Part shown: in pieces, positions 23,681 to 33,388 of the stretch
Layout: the number at the start of each line of letters is the position of its first letter
How positions within the stretch are numbered: the first letter of the stretch is position 1
Source of the DNA: an uncultured Acidobacteriota bacterium
GTDB taxonomy: Bacteria; Acidobacteriota; Terriglobia; Versatilivoradales; Versatilivoraceae
Reading direction: 5' to 3'
Assembly (NCBI GenBank): GCA_964462735.1
Contig: CAYWYX010000004.1
Location: forward strand, 1 to 63,170
DNA length: 63,170 bases
The notes under the pieces: generated by a model
What the model saw: the letters and a program-made list of their open reading frames with translations, nothing else
Told to the model about the DNA's origin: nothing
Database searches by the model: none
Program-made: the position numbers and the translations under genes

Positions 23681-24445
23681 GTGCTGAAAATTGAAAATTT
23701 ACATGCTCAAATTGAAGGTAAACCAATTTTGAGAGGAATTAATCTGGAAATTGCATCCGGGGAAGTTCATGCAATCATGGGTCCCAATGGATCGGGGAAA
23801 AGTACTTTAGCCCAAATCTTAGCGGGTCGAGATAGCTTTAAGTTAACTGATGGTAAGGTACTGTACCAAGGCAAAGACTTGCTAGCCATGGAACCGGAGG
23901 AGAGAGCTTGTGAAGGAGTTTTTATGGCTTTTCAGTATCCTGTTGAAATTCCAGGGGTTAGTAACGTTTATTTTTTGAAAGCTGCAGTTAATTCAATTCG
24001 AAAGTATCAGGGTTTAGAAGAGTATGATGCTGTAGATTTCATGAAGATCATTCGGGAAAAGATTAAGCTAGTTAACTTAGATGAAGAGTTTATTCGCCGC
24101 GCAGTAAATGAAGGATTCTCAGGTGGTGAAAAAAAAAGAAACGAAATTTTTCAAATGGCTGTACTCGATCCAAAACTAGCTATTCTTGATGAAACCGATT
24201 CTGGTCTCGATATTGATGCACTAAAAACGGTGGCTAAGGGCGTTAATGCTCTGCGTCGGTCTGACCGGGCCATTATTGTAATTACCCATTACCAGCGCTT
24301 ACTTGACTACATTATCCCAGATCGAGTTCATGTCCTTTCAGAAGGTCGTATTGTGAAGTCAGGGGACAAGAACCTTGCCCTTGAGTTGGAAGCTAAAGGT
24401 TATAGTTGGGTAGATTCTCAGGTTACTCTGAATTCTGAAACTTGA
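23681..24445 (+). CDS. sufC: Fe-S cluster assembly ATPase SufC
   Basis: 254 aa with a GTG start, Walker A GPNGSGKST, signature FSGGEKKR and Walker B LAILDETDSGLD. Confidence 0.95.
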   Translation: MLKIENLHAQIEGKPILRGINLEIASGEVHAIMGPNGSGKSTLAQILAGRDSFKLTDGKVLYQGKDLLAMEPEERACEGVFMAFQYPVEIPGVSNVYFLKAAVNSIRKYQGLEEYDAVDFMKIIREKIKLVNLDEEFIRRAVNEGFSGGEKKRNEIFQMAVLDPKLAILDETDSGLDIDALKTVAKGVNALRRSDRAIIVITHYQRLLDYIIPDRVHVLSEGRIVKSGDKNLALELEAKGYSWVDSQVTLNSET

Positions 24446-24471
24446 CCTGAGAAATTGGAGGCCACTGAGAA

Positions 24472-25791
24472 ATGGTAGAACCTAGTAAAGATCAGGCTCA
24501 ATACATAGAACAATTTTCTAGTTTTGCAAAAGAACGAACTAAAATGGATCCAACTTGGATTCAGAAAAAACGTCAGGAAGGTATAGCCCAGTTTTCAAAG
24601 CTTGGCTTTCCTACTACTCATGATGAAGAATGGCGTTTTACTAGTCTGGCTCCCTTAACTCATCATTCCTTTATTCCAGCTAAAATGGCTTTCCCACTTT
24701 TATGTACCGATGAGCTGAATAATTTTTCTAAAGCAGCTAGAGCTGGTCACTGTTTGGTTTTTTTAAACGGATGTTTTTCTCAAGAATACTCTTCCATAGC
24801 TAATCTTCCCACAGGGGTTCGGGTTCAAAGTTTGTCAGAATCGCTTAAGAGTTCTCCAGACTTTGTTGAAAAACACTTGGCACAGCATCCCACTGATGAA
24901 GTATTTTCAGCATTGAATACAGCATTCATCAAAGATGGTGCAGTAATACACCTAGAAGAAGGTGTAATAGTGGAGGACCCTATTCAATTACTTTTTTTTT
25001 CAGCAGGGAATGGTCGTCCAATAGTATCCCACACACGTTGTTTAGTGGTAGCTGATCCTAATAGCCAAGCTCAGATTGTGGAAACTTATACTGGGAAACA
25101 AGACTCAATTTATTTCATGAATGCAGTCACAGAGTTACTTGTCAAAAATAATGCTGTTATAGATCACTATAGAATACAACAAGAAAGTCAAAAAGCTTTT
25201 CATATTTCAACACAGCAATTTCAGATAGATCGAAGCGCTACTGCATCATCTCATTCAATTTCATTAGGAGGTAGATTAGTCCGCAACCATGTTAACGCAA
25301 TTTTGGATGGAGAAGACGCTGAAGTTACACTCAATGGTTTGTCTCTGACCATGAATGGACAACATGTTGATAACCATACTTCAATTGACCATGTAAAACC
25401 TCACTGCAGGAGCTTTGAATTATATAAATCAATCTTAAATGATCGTTCTAGAGGTGTCTTCAATGGTCGAATCATTGTTCGACCAGATGCTCAGAAGACT
25501 GATTCTAAGCAGACTAACCAAAATCTTTTACTTTCTGATGAGGCGTTAGTTAATACAAACCCCCAGTTGGAGATCTATGCAGATGACGTGAAATGTACCC
25601 ATGGTGCTACCATTGGTCAGTTAGATAAAGAGGCTATTTTTTACCTGAGATCTCGTGGAATACCTCTAGAAACTGCTCGCCAACTCCTAATTTTTGCCTT
25701 TGCTAATGATCTCACTTCCCAAATTAAAATTGACGCTATCAAGTCTAATGTTGAAAAAACACTCTCCCATCGCTTAATGGAAAAGTATTGA
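24472..25791 (+). CDS. sufD: Fe-S cluster assembly protein SufD
   Basis: 439 aa with a SufB/D-family C-terminal beta-helix (NQNLLLSDEALVNTNPQLEIYADDVKCTHGATIGQLD). Confidence 0.9.
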   Translation: MVEPSKDQAQYIEQFSSFAKERTKMDPTWIQKKRQEGIAQFSKLGFPTTHDEEWRFTSLAPLTHHSFIPAKMAFPLLCTDELNNFSKAARAGHCLVFLNGCFSQEYSSIANLPTGVRVQSLSESLKSSPDFVEKHLAQHPTDEVFSALNTAFIKDGAVIHLEEGVIVEDPIQLLFFSAGNGRPIVSHTRCLVVADPNSQAQIVETYTGKQDSIYFMNAVTELLVKNNAVIDHYRIQQESQKAFHISTQQFQIDRSATASSHSISLGGRLVRNHVNAILDGEDAEVTLNGLSLTMNGQHVDNHTSIDHVKPHCRSFELYKSILNDRSRGVFNGRIIVRPDAQKTDSKQTNQNLLLSDEALVNTNPQLEIYADDVKCTHGATIGQLDKEAIFYLRSRGIPLETARQLLIFAFANDLTSQIKIDAIKSNVEKTLSHRLMEKY

Positions 25792-25805
25792 GGTCAATAA
25801 TTGGA

Positions 25806-27074
25806 ATGAGAAAGCTTAACGATTCTATGATCGAAATAGATGAGCCAAAGGAAAATCAATTTGATGTTTCCAAAGTTCGTCAAGACTTTTCTATTTTAAC
25901 CCCAAAATTAAATAAGAAGCGATTGGTCTATCTGGATAATGCTGCTTCTACCCAAAAACCTAACCAGGTTGTTGATGAGATTAGTTCTTTTTATAAGACA
26001 GGTTATGCAAATATCCATAGGGGTGTGTATGAATTGAGTCAAAAAGCCACTGAAACTTTTGAGAAAATTAGATTAAAAGTGCAGCAATTTATCAATGCTA
26101 AAGAAGCCAGGGAGGTTATATTTGTTAAGGGAACCACGGAAGCTACTAATTTAATTGCGAGTACCTACGCACGTAAATTTCTAGATCCAGGTGACGAAAT
26201 CCTAATTTCTGCTATGGAACATCACGCAAATATTGTGCCGTGGCAATTAGCTTGCAAGGAGGCAGGGGCAATTCTCCGTGTAGCTCCTATTAATGACAAA
26301 GGTGAAATTTTGTTGGAGGATTTTAAAAAAGCTTTAGGTCCAAAAACCCGTTTGGTAGCGATTACCCATGTTTCTAACGTTTTAGGGACCATTAATCCTA
26401 TTGCAGAAGTTATCAAGATAGCACATGACTTTGAAGTCCCAGTTCTAGTTGATGGAGCCCAAGCGGCTCCTCATTTCAAAGTTGATGTTCAAGAACTAGA
26501 CTGCGACTTCTATGCTTTTTCTGGACATAAACTTTATGGTCCTACAGGAATTGGTGTCCTTTATGGAAAAAAATGCTGGTTAGAAGTTATGCCTCCTTAC
26601 CAAAGTGGTGGTGACATGATCAGCTCTGTTTCTTTCCATAACACTCAGTTCAAGGAGATACCATATAAATTTGAAGCAGGTACTCCTCATATAGCAGGAG
26701 TTGTAGGACTAGGTGGAGCAATAAACTATTTGGAAGGAATTGGACTTCATAACATTGCAGCTTATGAAAAGGATCTCCTTTCCTATGCGACTCAAGAGAT
26801 TTCTGCAGTGCCAGGAGTTCAAATTGTTGGAGAAGCCACTAACAGGGCTGGAGTTATATCATTTTTGGTAGATGAGGTTCATGCTCATGATGTAGGTACG
26901 ATTTTAGATCAAGAGGGTATCGCAATTAGAGCAGGGCATCATTGTGCCCAACCCCTGATGGAACGTTTGGGATTGACTGCTACCGCTCGAGCTTCTTTTG
27001 GTTTATATAATACAAGGGAAGAAGTAGCTTTGTTGGTAAGGGCTCTCTACAAAGTAAGGGAGGTATTTGGATAG
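25806..27074 (+). CDS. sufS: Cysteine desulfurase SufS
   Basis: PLP-lysine motif SGHKLYGPTGIGVLYG and catalytic Cys RAGHHCAQPLM. I prefer ATG 25806 (GAGG 11 nt upstream); the track's TTG at 25788 overlaps the sufD stop and is an alternative. Confidence 0.92.
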   Translation: MRKLNDSMIEIDEPKENQFDVSKVRQDFSILTPKLNKKRLVYLDNAASTQKPNQVVDEISSFYKTGYANIHRGVYELSQKATETFEKIRLKVQQFINAKEAREVIFVKGTTEATNLIASTYARKFLDPGDEILISAMEHHANIVPWQLACKEAGAILRVAPINDKGEILLEDFKKALGPKTRLVAITHVSNVLGTINPIAEVIKIAHDFEVPVLVDGAQAAPHFKVDVQELDCDFYAFSGHKLYGPTGIGVLYGKKCWLEVMPPYQSGGDMISSVSFHNTQFKEIPYKFEAGTPHIAGVVGLGGAINYLEGIGLHNIAAYEKDLLSYATQEISAVPGVQIVGEATNRAGVISFLVDEVHAHDVGTILDQEGIAIRAGHHCAQPLMERLGLTATARASFGLYNTREEVALLVRALYKVREVFG

Positions 27075-27526
27075 TGGCTGACTTAGACGACCTTTATCAA
27101 GAATTGATCCTAGACCATACAAAGCATCCTAGAAATTTTAGAAAATTAGAAGTAGCAAGTCACAAGGCGGTGGGTGACAATCCGTTATGTGGAGATCGAG
27201 TGGCTATTAGCTTGAAAATTGATAACGGTTTAATCAATGATATTTGTTTTGAAGGAAAAGGTTGTGCCATTTCAACAGCTTCAGCATCTATGATGACGGA
27301 GTTTCTCAAAGGTAAAAAAGTAGAAGAGTTCTATTTGACTTTTGACCTCTTTCACAATCTAGTAACTGGTAAACTTGATGGTTCTGACCAGTTAGAAGAA
27401 ATAGGTAAACTTATAGCATTTAGAGGAGTCGCTGATTTTCCTATTCGTGTGAAATGTGCGACTCTAGCTTGGCATACCTTTAAAGCTGCTATAGATAGTC
27501 AAGAACAGCTAGTAACTACTGAGTAA
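27074..27526 (+). CDS. sufU: Fe-S cluster assembly sulfur-transfer protein SufU (IscU-like)
   Basis: 150 aa with a GTG start overlapping the sufS stop. Conserved Cys motifs: NPLCGD, GKGCAIS and KCATLAW. Confidence 0.88.
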   Translation: MADLDDLYQELILDHTKHPRNFRKLEVASHKAVGDNPLCGDRVAISLKIDNGLINDICFEGKGCAISTASASMMTEFLKGKKVEEFYLTFDLFHNLVTGKLDGSDQLEEIGKLIAFRGVADFPIRVKCATLAWHTFKAAIDSQEQLVTTE

Positions 27527-27585
27527 CTGAAACGATCGCATCATTATAATTACATGGAATTAACTACAGTCATGAGGAAATATCT

Positions 27586-27930
27586 ATGGATACCCATTCA
27601 AAATCACTTCAATCTCCATCTGGAGTGGAAGACCTTAAAGACAAGATTGTTGAGGTATTAAAAACTATTTACGATCCAGAGATTCCGGTGAACATTTATG
27701 AAATTGGGCTTATCTATGAAGTTAAAGTTGACGTGGATAACGTCGTTAGTATTGATATGACGCTAACATCTCCAGCTTGTCCAGTTGCTGGAACACTACC
27801 AGGAGATGTAGAATCCAAAGTGGCTGCGATTTCAGGAGTAGCTTCTGCAAAAGTTAATTTGGTTTGGGAACCTACCTGGACCCCAGAAAAAATGTCAGAG
27901 GCGGCACAGCTTCAATTAGGAATGCTTTAA
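27586..27930 (+). CDS. sufT: Fe-S assembly protein SufT (DUF59/MIP18 family)
   Basis: 114 aa with YDPEIPVNIYEIGLIY and TLTSPACP, typical of DUF59. It is the last gene of the suf operon. Confidence 0.85.
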   Translation: MDTHSKSLQSPSGVEDLKDKIVEVLKTIYDPEIPVNIYEIGLIYEVKVDVDNVVSIDMTLTSPACPVAGTLPGDVESKVAAISGVASAKVNLVWEPTWTPEKMSEAAQLQLGML

Positions 27931-28062
27931 TATCAACCTACTCAATAATTATTTTTTCTATACAGTCAATTCGGACTAAGGTAGCTATAAAGTTTTAAGC
28001 AGACTTATTATCTTATAGAATGCTTAAAGCCATTTGCTTAGTTCCATCTTGGATTCGAGGAT

Positions 28063-29364
28063 ATGGAAATGGACGGCCTACTTAAGAAGATTGAATCCAA
28101 AAATGTCAAGGTTGGTGTGATAGGAATGGGCTATGTTGGATTACCTCTAGCAATTGAAATTGCTAAATCCGATATTGAGGTAACTGCAATTGATATAGAC
28201 GAAGTTAAAGTTAACGCTATCAATTCAGGAACGTCCTATGTGCCAGATATTTCCAGCTCTCTCCTTAATGAGCAAGTCAAAAAAAAACGTCTTAAAGCCT
28301 TTTCTAGTTTTGAAATAATTAAAAAATTAGATGCCATCGTTATTTGTGTGCCAACACCTCTAAACAAGACCAAGGACCCTGACCTGACGATGGTAGTTTC
28401 AGCCGTCGAGAAAATCATTAAGAATCGAGGGGAACAACAACTGGTTGTTTTGGAAAGTACTACCTATCCTGGAACTACTGAAGAAATGATCCTACCTAGA
28501 TTGGCACAGTCATATGGAAAAGTTGGTCGGGATTTCTATTTAGCTTTCTCTCCAGAAAGAATTGATCCCGGTAACAAAGTTTATAATATGTTTAACACTC
28601 CTAAGGTAATTGGTGGGATTACATCTCATTGTGTTGAAGTTACAACAAAACTATATAGTAATTTTGTTAAGGTCATTGTTCCAGTATCTTCCCCACGAGC
28701 TGCTGAGATGGTGAAATTACTAGAGAACACGTTTCGCAGTGTAAATATTGGCTTAGTCAATGAGATTGCTATTATGTGCGGTCGACTAGGAGTTGATGTA
28801 TGGGAAGTTATTGAAGCAGCATCGTCAAAACCATTTGGTTTTATGCCATTCAAGCCCGGACCTGGCCTTGGAGGTCATTGCATTCCAATTGACCCTCTCT
28901 ACCTTTCTTGGAAACTAAAAACCCTCAATTATCGTGCACGCTTTATAGAACTTGCTAGTGAAATCAATGGTGATATGCCCGGGTATGTAGTTAATAAAAT
29001 TAGTGATGCTCTAAATGGTTGCAATAAGTCAGTTAGAGATTCGAAGGTATTCATTATCGGTGTAAGTTATAAGAAGGATATTGATGATTTGCGTGAATCT
29101 CCAGCCATAGATGTGATTCATTTATTGAAAAAGCGTGGAGCTGAGGTAGTTTATTATGATCCCTATGTAGATATGATCCAGTTAGATGATTTATCGCTTA
29201 AGCGGATTCCTTTGGAACAGGGACTGACTGAAGCTGATTGTACAATAATCATCACTGATCACAGCTTGATTGATTACCAAAAGGTTGTGGATAATGCCAA
29301 ACTGGTTATAGATACTAGAAATGCTACCAAGGGGATTAATAATTCCAAAGTTATTAAACTCTGA
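28063..29364 (+). CDS. Nucleotide-sugar 6-dehydrogenase (UDP-N-acetyl-D-glucosamine/mannosamine dehydrogenase family)
   Basis: 433 aa with a Rossmann motif GVIGMGYVGLPLA and catalytic Cys motif GGHCIPIDP. It resembles WbpA/WecC/Cap5O. Substrate specificity cannot be resolved by eye. Confidence 0.85.
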   Translation: MEMDGLLKKIESKNVKVGVIGMGYVGLPLAIEIAKSDIEVTAIDIDEVKVNAINSGTSYVPDISSSLLNEQVKKKRLKAFSSFEIIKKLDAIVICVPTPLNKTKDPDLTMVVSAVEKIIKNRGEQQLVVLESTTYPGTTEEMILPRLAQSYGKVGRDFYLAFSPERIDPGNKVYNMFNTPKVIGGITSHCVEVTTKLYSNFVKVIVPVSSPRAAEMVKLLENTFRSVNIGLVNEIAIMCGRLGVDVWEVIEAASSKPFGFMPFKPGPGLGGHCIPIDPLYLSWKLKTLNYRARFIELASEINGDMPGYVVNKISDALNGCNKSVRDSKVFIIGVSYKKDIDDLRESPAIDVIHLLKKRGAEVVYYDPYVDMIQLDDLSLKRIPLEQGLTEADCTIIITDHSLIDYQKVVDNAKLVIDTRNATKGINNSKVIKL

Positions 29365-29474
29365 CTTGATTCAATTCAGTTGTATAGAAATCGATAATAT
29401 AAGGTTAGGACTCGTTATTTTAAGGTCATTATTTTCTTATTGAATTTTGTTTTAAAAGAACTCAAACTTTTTCA

Positions 29475-30095
29475 ATGAACCTTCCTATTTTTCTAACGCT
29501 ATCACGTATTTTCGCTGTTCCTATACTTCTTGTCGTTCTGCTGAGCCATGTCTATAATTCAAAACACCAAATTGACGATCTCTCCATTATTTTTGCGACG
29601 CTGATCTTTCTAGTTGCTTCAATTACAGATTACTTTGATGGGTATTTTGCTCGACGCCGTCAACAGGTAACTACAGTTGGAATCCTTTTGGATCCAATTG
29701 CTGACAAGTTATTGATGTCAGCTGCCTTTGTCTCGCTTGTAGAGCTTGGGTGGGTGCCAGCTTGGATGGTAGTGATTATAATAGGTCGTGAACTTGCGAT
29801 TGCAGGTCTTCGTGCGATCGCGGCAACTCAAGGATGTAATATTAATGCTTCCGAGCTAGGAAAAATAAAGATGGTTTTGCAGGTTGTTGCTATCACTACA
29901 ATTATCTTGCGAAATATTTATTTTTGGTTGGAACCTATTAGTATAGTTGCTCTTTGGTTGGTTGTGATTTTTGCTCTTGTTTCAGCTGTTGACTACTTTC
30001 AAAAGTTTTGGAAAGCTTTTGATAATAGTGTAAAAGTAGTTGAGAATAGTAAATCTGTCGTTTTTAAAAAGAAACAACGCGATGTTTCAACTTAG
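29475..30095 (+). CDS. pgsA: CDP-diacylglycerol--glycerol-3-phosphate 3-phosphatidyltransferase
   Basis: 206 aa and polytopic, with the CDP-alcohol phosphatidyltransferase motif DYFDGYFARRRQQVTTVGILLDPIADK. Confidence 0.88.
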   Translation: MNLPIFLTLSRIFAVPILLVVLLSHVYNSKHQIDDLSIIFATLIFLVASITDYFDGYFARRRQQVTTVGILLDPIADKLLMSAAFVSLVELGWVPAWMVVIIIGRELAIAGLRAIAATQGCNINASELGKIKMVLQVVAITTIILRNIYFWLEPISIVALWLVVIFALVSAVDYFQKFWKAFDNSVKVVENSKSVVFKKKQRDVST

Positions 30096-30627
30096 TGACG
30101 CTGCTCAGACATATCTTTTGAAGGTTGCACGTACAACAATTTCAGTTTACTTAAAATCCAAAATTAAACCTGATGCCCCCTTAAGTCCCCTTCAGGAAGT
30201 CCAGCAAAAATGTGGAGTTTTTGTTACCCTTTACCGTAATGAGAAATTATGTGGATGTGTTGGTTACCTGCATTCTTTAACGCCTCTTGTTCAAGGTGTG
30301 GCTGAATGTGTTTTGTCTGCTGTTGATGATAATCGATTCACGCAACTGAAATTTTCGGAACTAAGTGCAGTCAAAATTGAACTTTCGGTTCTTTCAGAGT
30401 TTGAAAAGATTAAATTTCCATCAGAAATCGAAATTGGTAGACATGGTTTGATAGTTAGTTATGGATCTAGTAGGGGTTTATTATTGCCAAAAGTTGCCAC
30501 TGAGAATGGTTGGAATCAAAAGAAGTTCTTAGAAGAAACTTGTTACAAAGCTGGTTTACCGTTATCAGTGTGGAAAAATGGAGCGGATCTAGAACGATTT
30601 ACTGCCTTGGTTTTTAGAGAAAGCTAA
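30082..30627 (+). CDS. AMMECR1-domain protein
   Basis: It carries the GCVGYL and RGLLLP motifs of AMMECR1. I prefer ATG 30082 (14-nt overlap with pgsA) over the track's start at 30040. Confidence 0.8.
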   Translation: MFQLSDAAQTYLLKVARTTISVYLKSKIKPDAPLSPLQEVQQKCGVFVTLYRNEKLCGCVGYLHSLTPLVQGVAECVLSAVDDNRFTQLKFSELSAVKIELSVLSEFEKIKFPSEIEIGRHGLIVSYGSSRGLLLPKVATENGWNQKKFLEETCYKAGLPLSVWKNGADLERFTALVFRES

Positions 30628-30725
30628 AGGGTCTCCTCAAATTATTTTTAGCTCTAAAATTGTTTTAATTAGGTCATTAGATCTTCTTAGTTATTTTTGG
30701 TTAACCTGCAGGGAGACCCTTTAGC
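30623..30725. repeat. Perfect 14-bp inverted repeat flanking a 75-nt AT-rich spacer (structured RNA or MITE-like element, function unknown)
   Basis: GCTAAAGGGTCTCC (30623-30636) is the exact reverse complement of GGAGACCCTTTAGC (30712-30725). The left arm overlaps the AMMECR1 stop codon. Confidence 0.7.
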
Positions 30726-30864
30726 AGCAGTTGAGCTCCAGTACTTTGCAGGACGAAAAGTCTTATGTTAAACTCAATTCTGATATTACTTTTTTTATTC
30801 AAACTGAGCTGATTGCTACTTTAGATACACCCCTAAAAGTATTGCCACCCAGCATCCATTCCTG

Positions 30865-32367
30865 ATGTCTTTGCCAGCTAAAGGAAAAATTTGTGTAGTA
30901 ATTCGAGAACATAATGCCGATGATTTTCAAAAGGCAATCCTTCATAATCGAGATAACTCTGATTTAATGGAGTTCCGGTTAGATTATCTTAACTCCTCTC
31001 AACTAAATATTAAACAGTTGCGATATTGGATCGCAATATCTGGAGTACCAGTTATTGCTACCCTGCGTCGAAAACCTTTTGGAGGGTTATTTTCAGGTAG
31101 TCCAAATGAACAGATGGATATTGTTAATAAAATTCAAGGAGCTGGTTTTGATTTTGTCGACATAGAACTAGAGACTTTAGAGGTAATTGACTCAGACCAA
31201 TTAGAAAAAGTAAGAGCTGGATCAATGAAATTAATTGCTTCTTACCATAATTTTAAAGAAACACCTTCTAATTTGAAATCAGTTTTCGACAGAATAGTTG
31301 TCTTTCGCCCTGAGGTAGTAAAAATAGCAACAATGGCACTTTCTTTTTCCGATAATTTTCGGCTAATAGAACTTATATCTCAGGCAACTGAGCGTGGTTT
31401 AATGATCATTCCAGTGGCGATGGGAGAACTTGGTGTTTATTCCCGTGTGATAGCCCCTAGTAGAGGAGCCTTATTAACCTATGCCTCTAGTCAAGCTGGA
31501 CAGGAAACAGCTCCAGGACAATTTACTGCTCTAGGCCTAAAGGATGTTTACCAGTTAAATCTGATTGATCAAAGTACTCTAATTTATGGGATTATTGGTT
31601 GTCCAATCAAACATTCGATGTCACCTTATATTCATAACTATGCTTTTCAAAAAGTTGGGCTAAAAAGTTGTTATCTACCTTTATATATTCCTAGTTTGAA
31701 GGAATTTGGTCCTTATTTGGGAAACTTTTCAGGTCTCAGTGTTACTCTTCCACACAAAGTATCAATTTTAGATTATGTTGGGTTCAAGGATCGAAGTGTG
31801 GAAGAAAGTGGTGCAGCCAACACCTTAGTCAAGAAAATAGATGGTTTTTGGGCTTATAATACAGATCCTGAAGGGGTTCGGTTTGCATTACGTGATGTTT
31901 TAGGACATGTTTCCTCCTGTAGAACTGTTTTGTTAGGAGCAGGTGGGGCAGCTCGTTCTGCAGCAGTGGTATTGAAAGAAAAGGGATGTGATGTGACAGT
32001 TTTGGCAAGGAATCAAAGAAAAGCTGAGGTGTTTGCTAAAGATTTTGACTTCAGTTCTGGATCTCTTGATGATGTTGAACGATACAGAGGTGATTTATTG
32101 ATTAATGCCACTCCTATTGGAATGTCACCAGCAAATCATGAAACCCCAGTTCCAGAGGAAGCTCTTAATTATGATGTTGTATTTGATATGATTTACAATC
32201 CTTTGGAGACCAGATTGCTCAGAGAGGCTCAAAGGAAAGCTAAGATCGTTAGTGGTTTAGAAATGTTTGTAGGGCAGGCAGCCTATCAGTTTCAGTTGTG
32301 GACGGGAAAAAATATTTCAAAAGAAACTCTTAGGGAGGTTGTTTTTGGTCAGTTACAAAACCGTTAA
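30865..32367 (+). CDS. aroDE: Bifunctional 3-dehydroquinate dehydratase (type I) / shikimate 5-dehydrogenase
   Basis: 500 aa. The N-terminal half is AroD-like (ICVVI...MEFRLDYL...KIATMA). The C-terminal half is AroE-like (YGIIGCPIKHSMSPYIHN, LLGAGGAARSAA). Confidence 0.88.
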   Translation: MSLPAKGKICVVIREHNADDFQKAILHNRDNSDLMEFRLDYLNSSQLNIKQLRYWIAISGVPVIATLRRKPFGGLFSGSPNEQMDIVNKIQGAGFDFVDIELETLEVIDSDQLEKVRAGSMKLIASYHNFKETPSNLKSVFDRIVVFRPEVVKIATMALSFSDNFRLIELISQATERGLMIIPVAMGELGVYSRVIAPSRGALLTYASSQAGQETAPGQFTALGLKDVYQLNLIDQSTLIYGIIGCPIKHSMSPYIHNYAFQKVGLKSCYLPLYIPSLKEFGPYLGNFSGLSVTLPHKVSILDYVGFKDRSVEESGAANTLVKKIDGFWAYNTDPEGVRFALRDVLGHVSSCRTVLLGAGGAARSAAVVLKEKGCDVTVLARNQRKAEVFAKDFDFSSGSLDDVERYRGDLLINATPIGMSPANHETPVPEEALNYDVVFDMIYNPLETRLLREAQRKAKIVSGLEMFVGQAAYQFQLWTGKNISKETLREVVFGQLQNR

Positions 32368-32403
32368 CTCAGAATGTAGGACTTATTTTTGATAGGAAAA
32401 AAC

Positions 32404-33318
32404 ATGATGTTTAATCATATTATTAAAGTTCCAGCTAGTTCTACAAATCTAGGTGCTGGTTTTGATTCCCTCGGATTAGCCTTGAACCTATATCTTGAAC
32501 TTCAAGTTGAAGAAAGTACTACCAAAGGTATTAAAATTAATATGACTGGTGAGGGATCAAATGAATTAAAAGATATACGTGAAAATTTAATATGGAAGGT
32601 TCTTCAAAATGTATTTATTGGGGAAAAAAAGACAGTTCCAAACATTGAAATATCTGTTTGTAATCAGATACCGTTAGCTCGTGGTCTCGGTAGTAGTGCT
32701 GCTGCAATTGTGGGTGGTCTTGGTATTTTTGAAGCAATAACAGGACAAGAATTAACACAAGAAAAGTTCTTTCGCTATGCACTGGCCTTGGAAGATCACC
32801 CCGATAATCTTTGTGCTGCTCGCTTTGGAGGGTTTACTGTTAGCTGCACCAGTGAAGTAGGCCAGGTTTCTTTTATTCAGCTAAAAATAGGCAATCCAAT
32901 TAAGATTCTTTTAGTTGTACCGGACATTCAGTTACCTACTTCTCAATCTAGAGAAGTTTTGCCCAATAATTTGGGGATAGATGATACTATTTTTAATATA
33001 CAGCATGCTGCTCTAACCGTGGCAGCTATGGCTAGTGGTCAGTTTCAATTTCTGCGCGAATCACTAAGTGACAAACTTCATCAACCTTATCGAAGTTCCC
33101 TTGTGCCAGGTCTGAAAGAAGTGTTAAAGCTTCATTTAGAGAATATACCAGGCTTATTAGGAATGAGTTTGAGCGGTGCAGGTCCTAGTGTCTTATGCTT
33201 TCTTGATGGAAAGAGTAAAAAGATCTTTCATCAAATCGAAGGCATTTTTAATAAACATGGTGTTAATTGCAAATCTTTTGAACTTCAGATTGATTATTTT
33301 GGAAGGACTATTAAATAG
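32404..33318 (+). CDS. thrB: Homoserine kinase
   Basis: GHMP kinase with VPASSTNLGAGFDSLG and PLARGLGSSAAAIV. I prefer ATG 32404 (AGGAAAA upstream) over the track's TTG at 32389. Confidence 0.9.
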   Translation: MMFNHIIKVPASSTNLGAGFDSLGLALNLYLELQVEESTTKGIKINMTGEGSNELKDIRENLIWKVLQNVFIGEKKTVPNIEISVCNQIPLARGLGSSAAAIVGGLGIFEAITGQELTQEKFFRYALALEDHPDNLCAARFGGFTVSCTSEVGQVSFIQLKIGNPIKILLVVPDIQLPTSQSREVLPNNLGIDDTIFNIQHAALTVAAMASGQFQFLRESLSDKLHQPYRSSLVPGLKEVLKLHLENIPGLLGMSLSGAGPSVLCFLDGKSKKIFHQIEGIFNKHGVNCKSFELQIDYFGRTIK

Positions 33319-33388
33319 AATTATTCTTATTTTGACCGTAAGACAGAATTGTCCTTAGGCTTGAAAACAGGATGTAGCAATTTTACTT

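Noticed and set aside
30623-30725. Whether the inverted-repeat element is an SRP (4.5S) RNA, a 6S RNA or a classical terminator
   Set aside because: Neither strand has a GGAA/GNRA apical loop or the conserved domain-IV motifs. The 75-nt spacer is AT-rich with no internal helices. No T-run follows the 3' arm. It is kept as an unexplained repeat rather than called an RNA gene.
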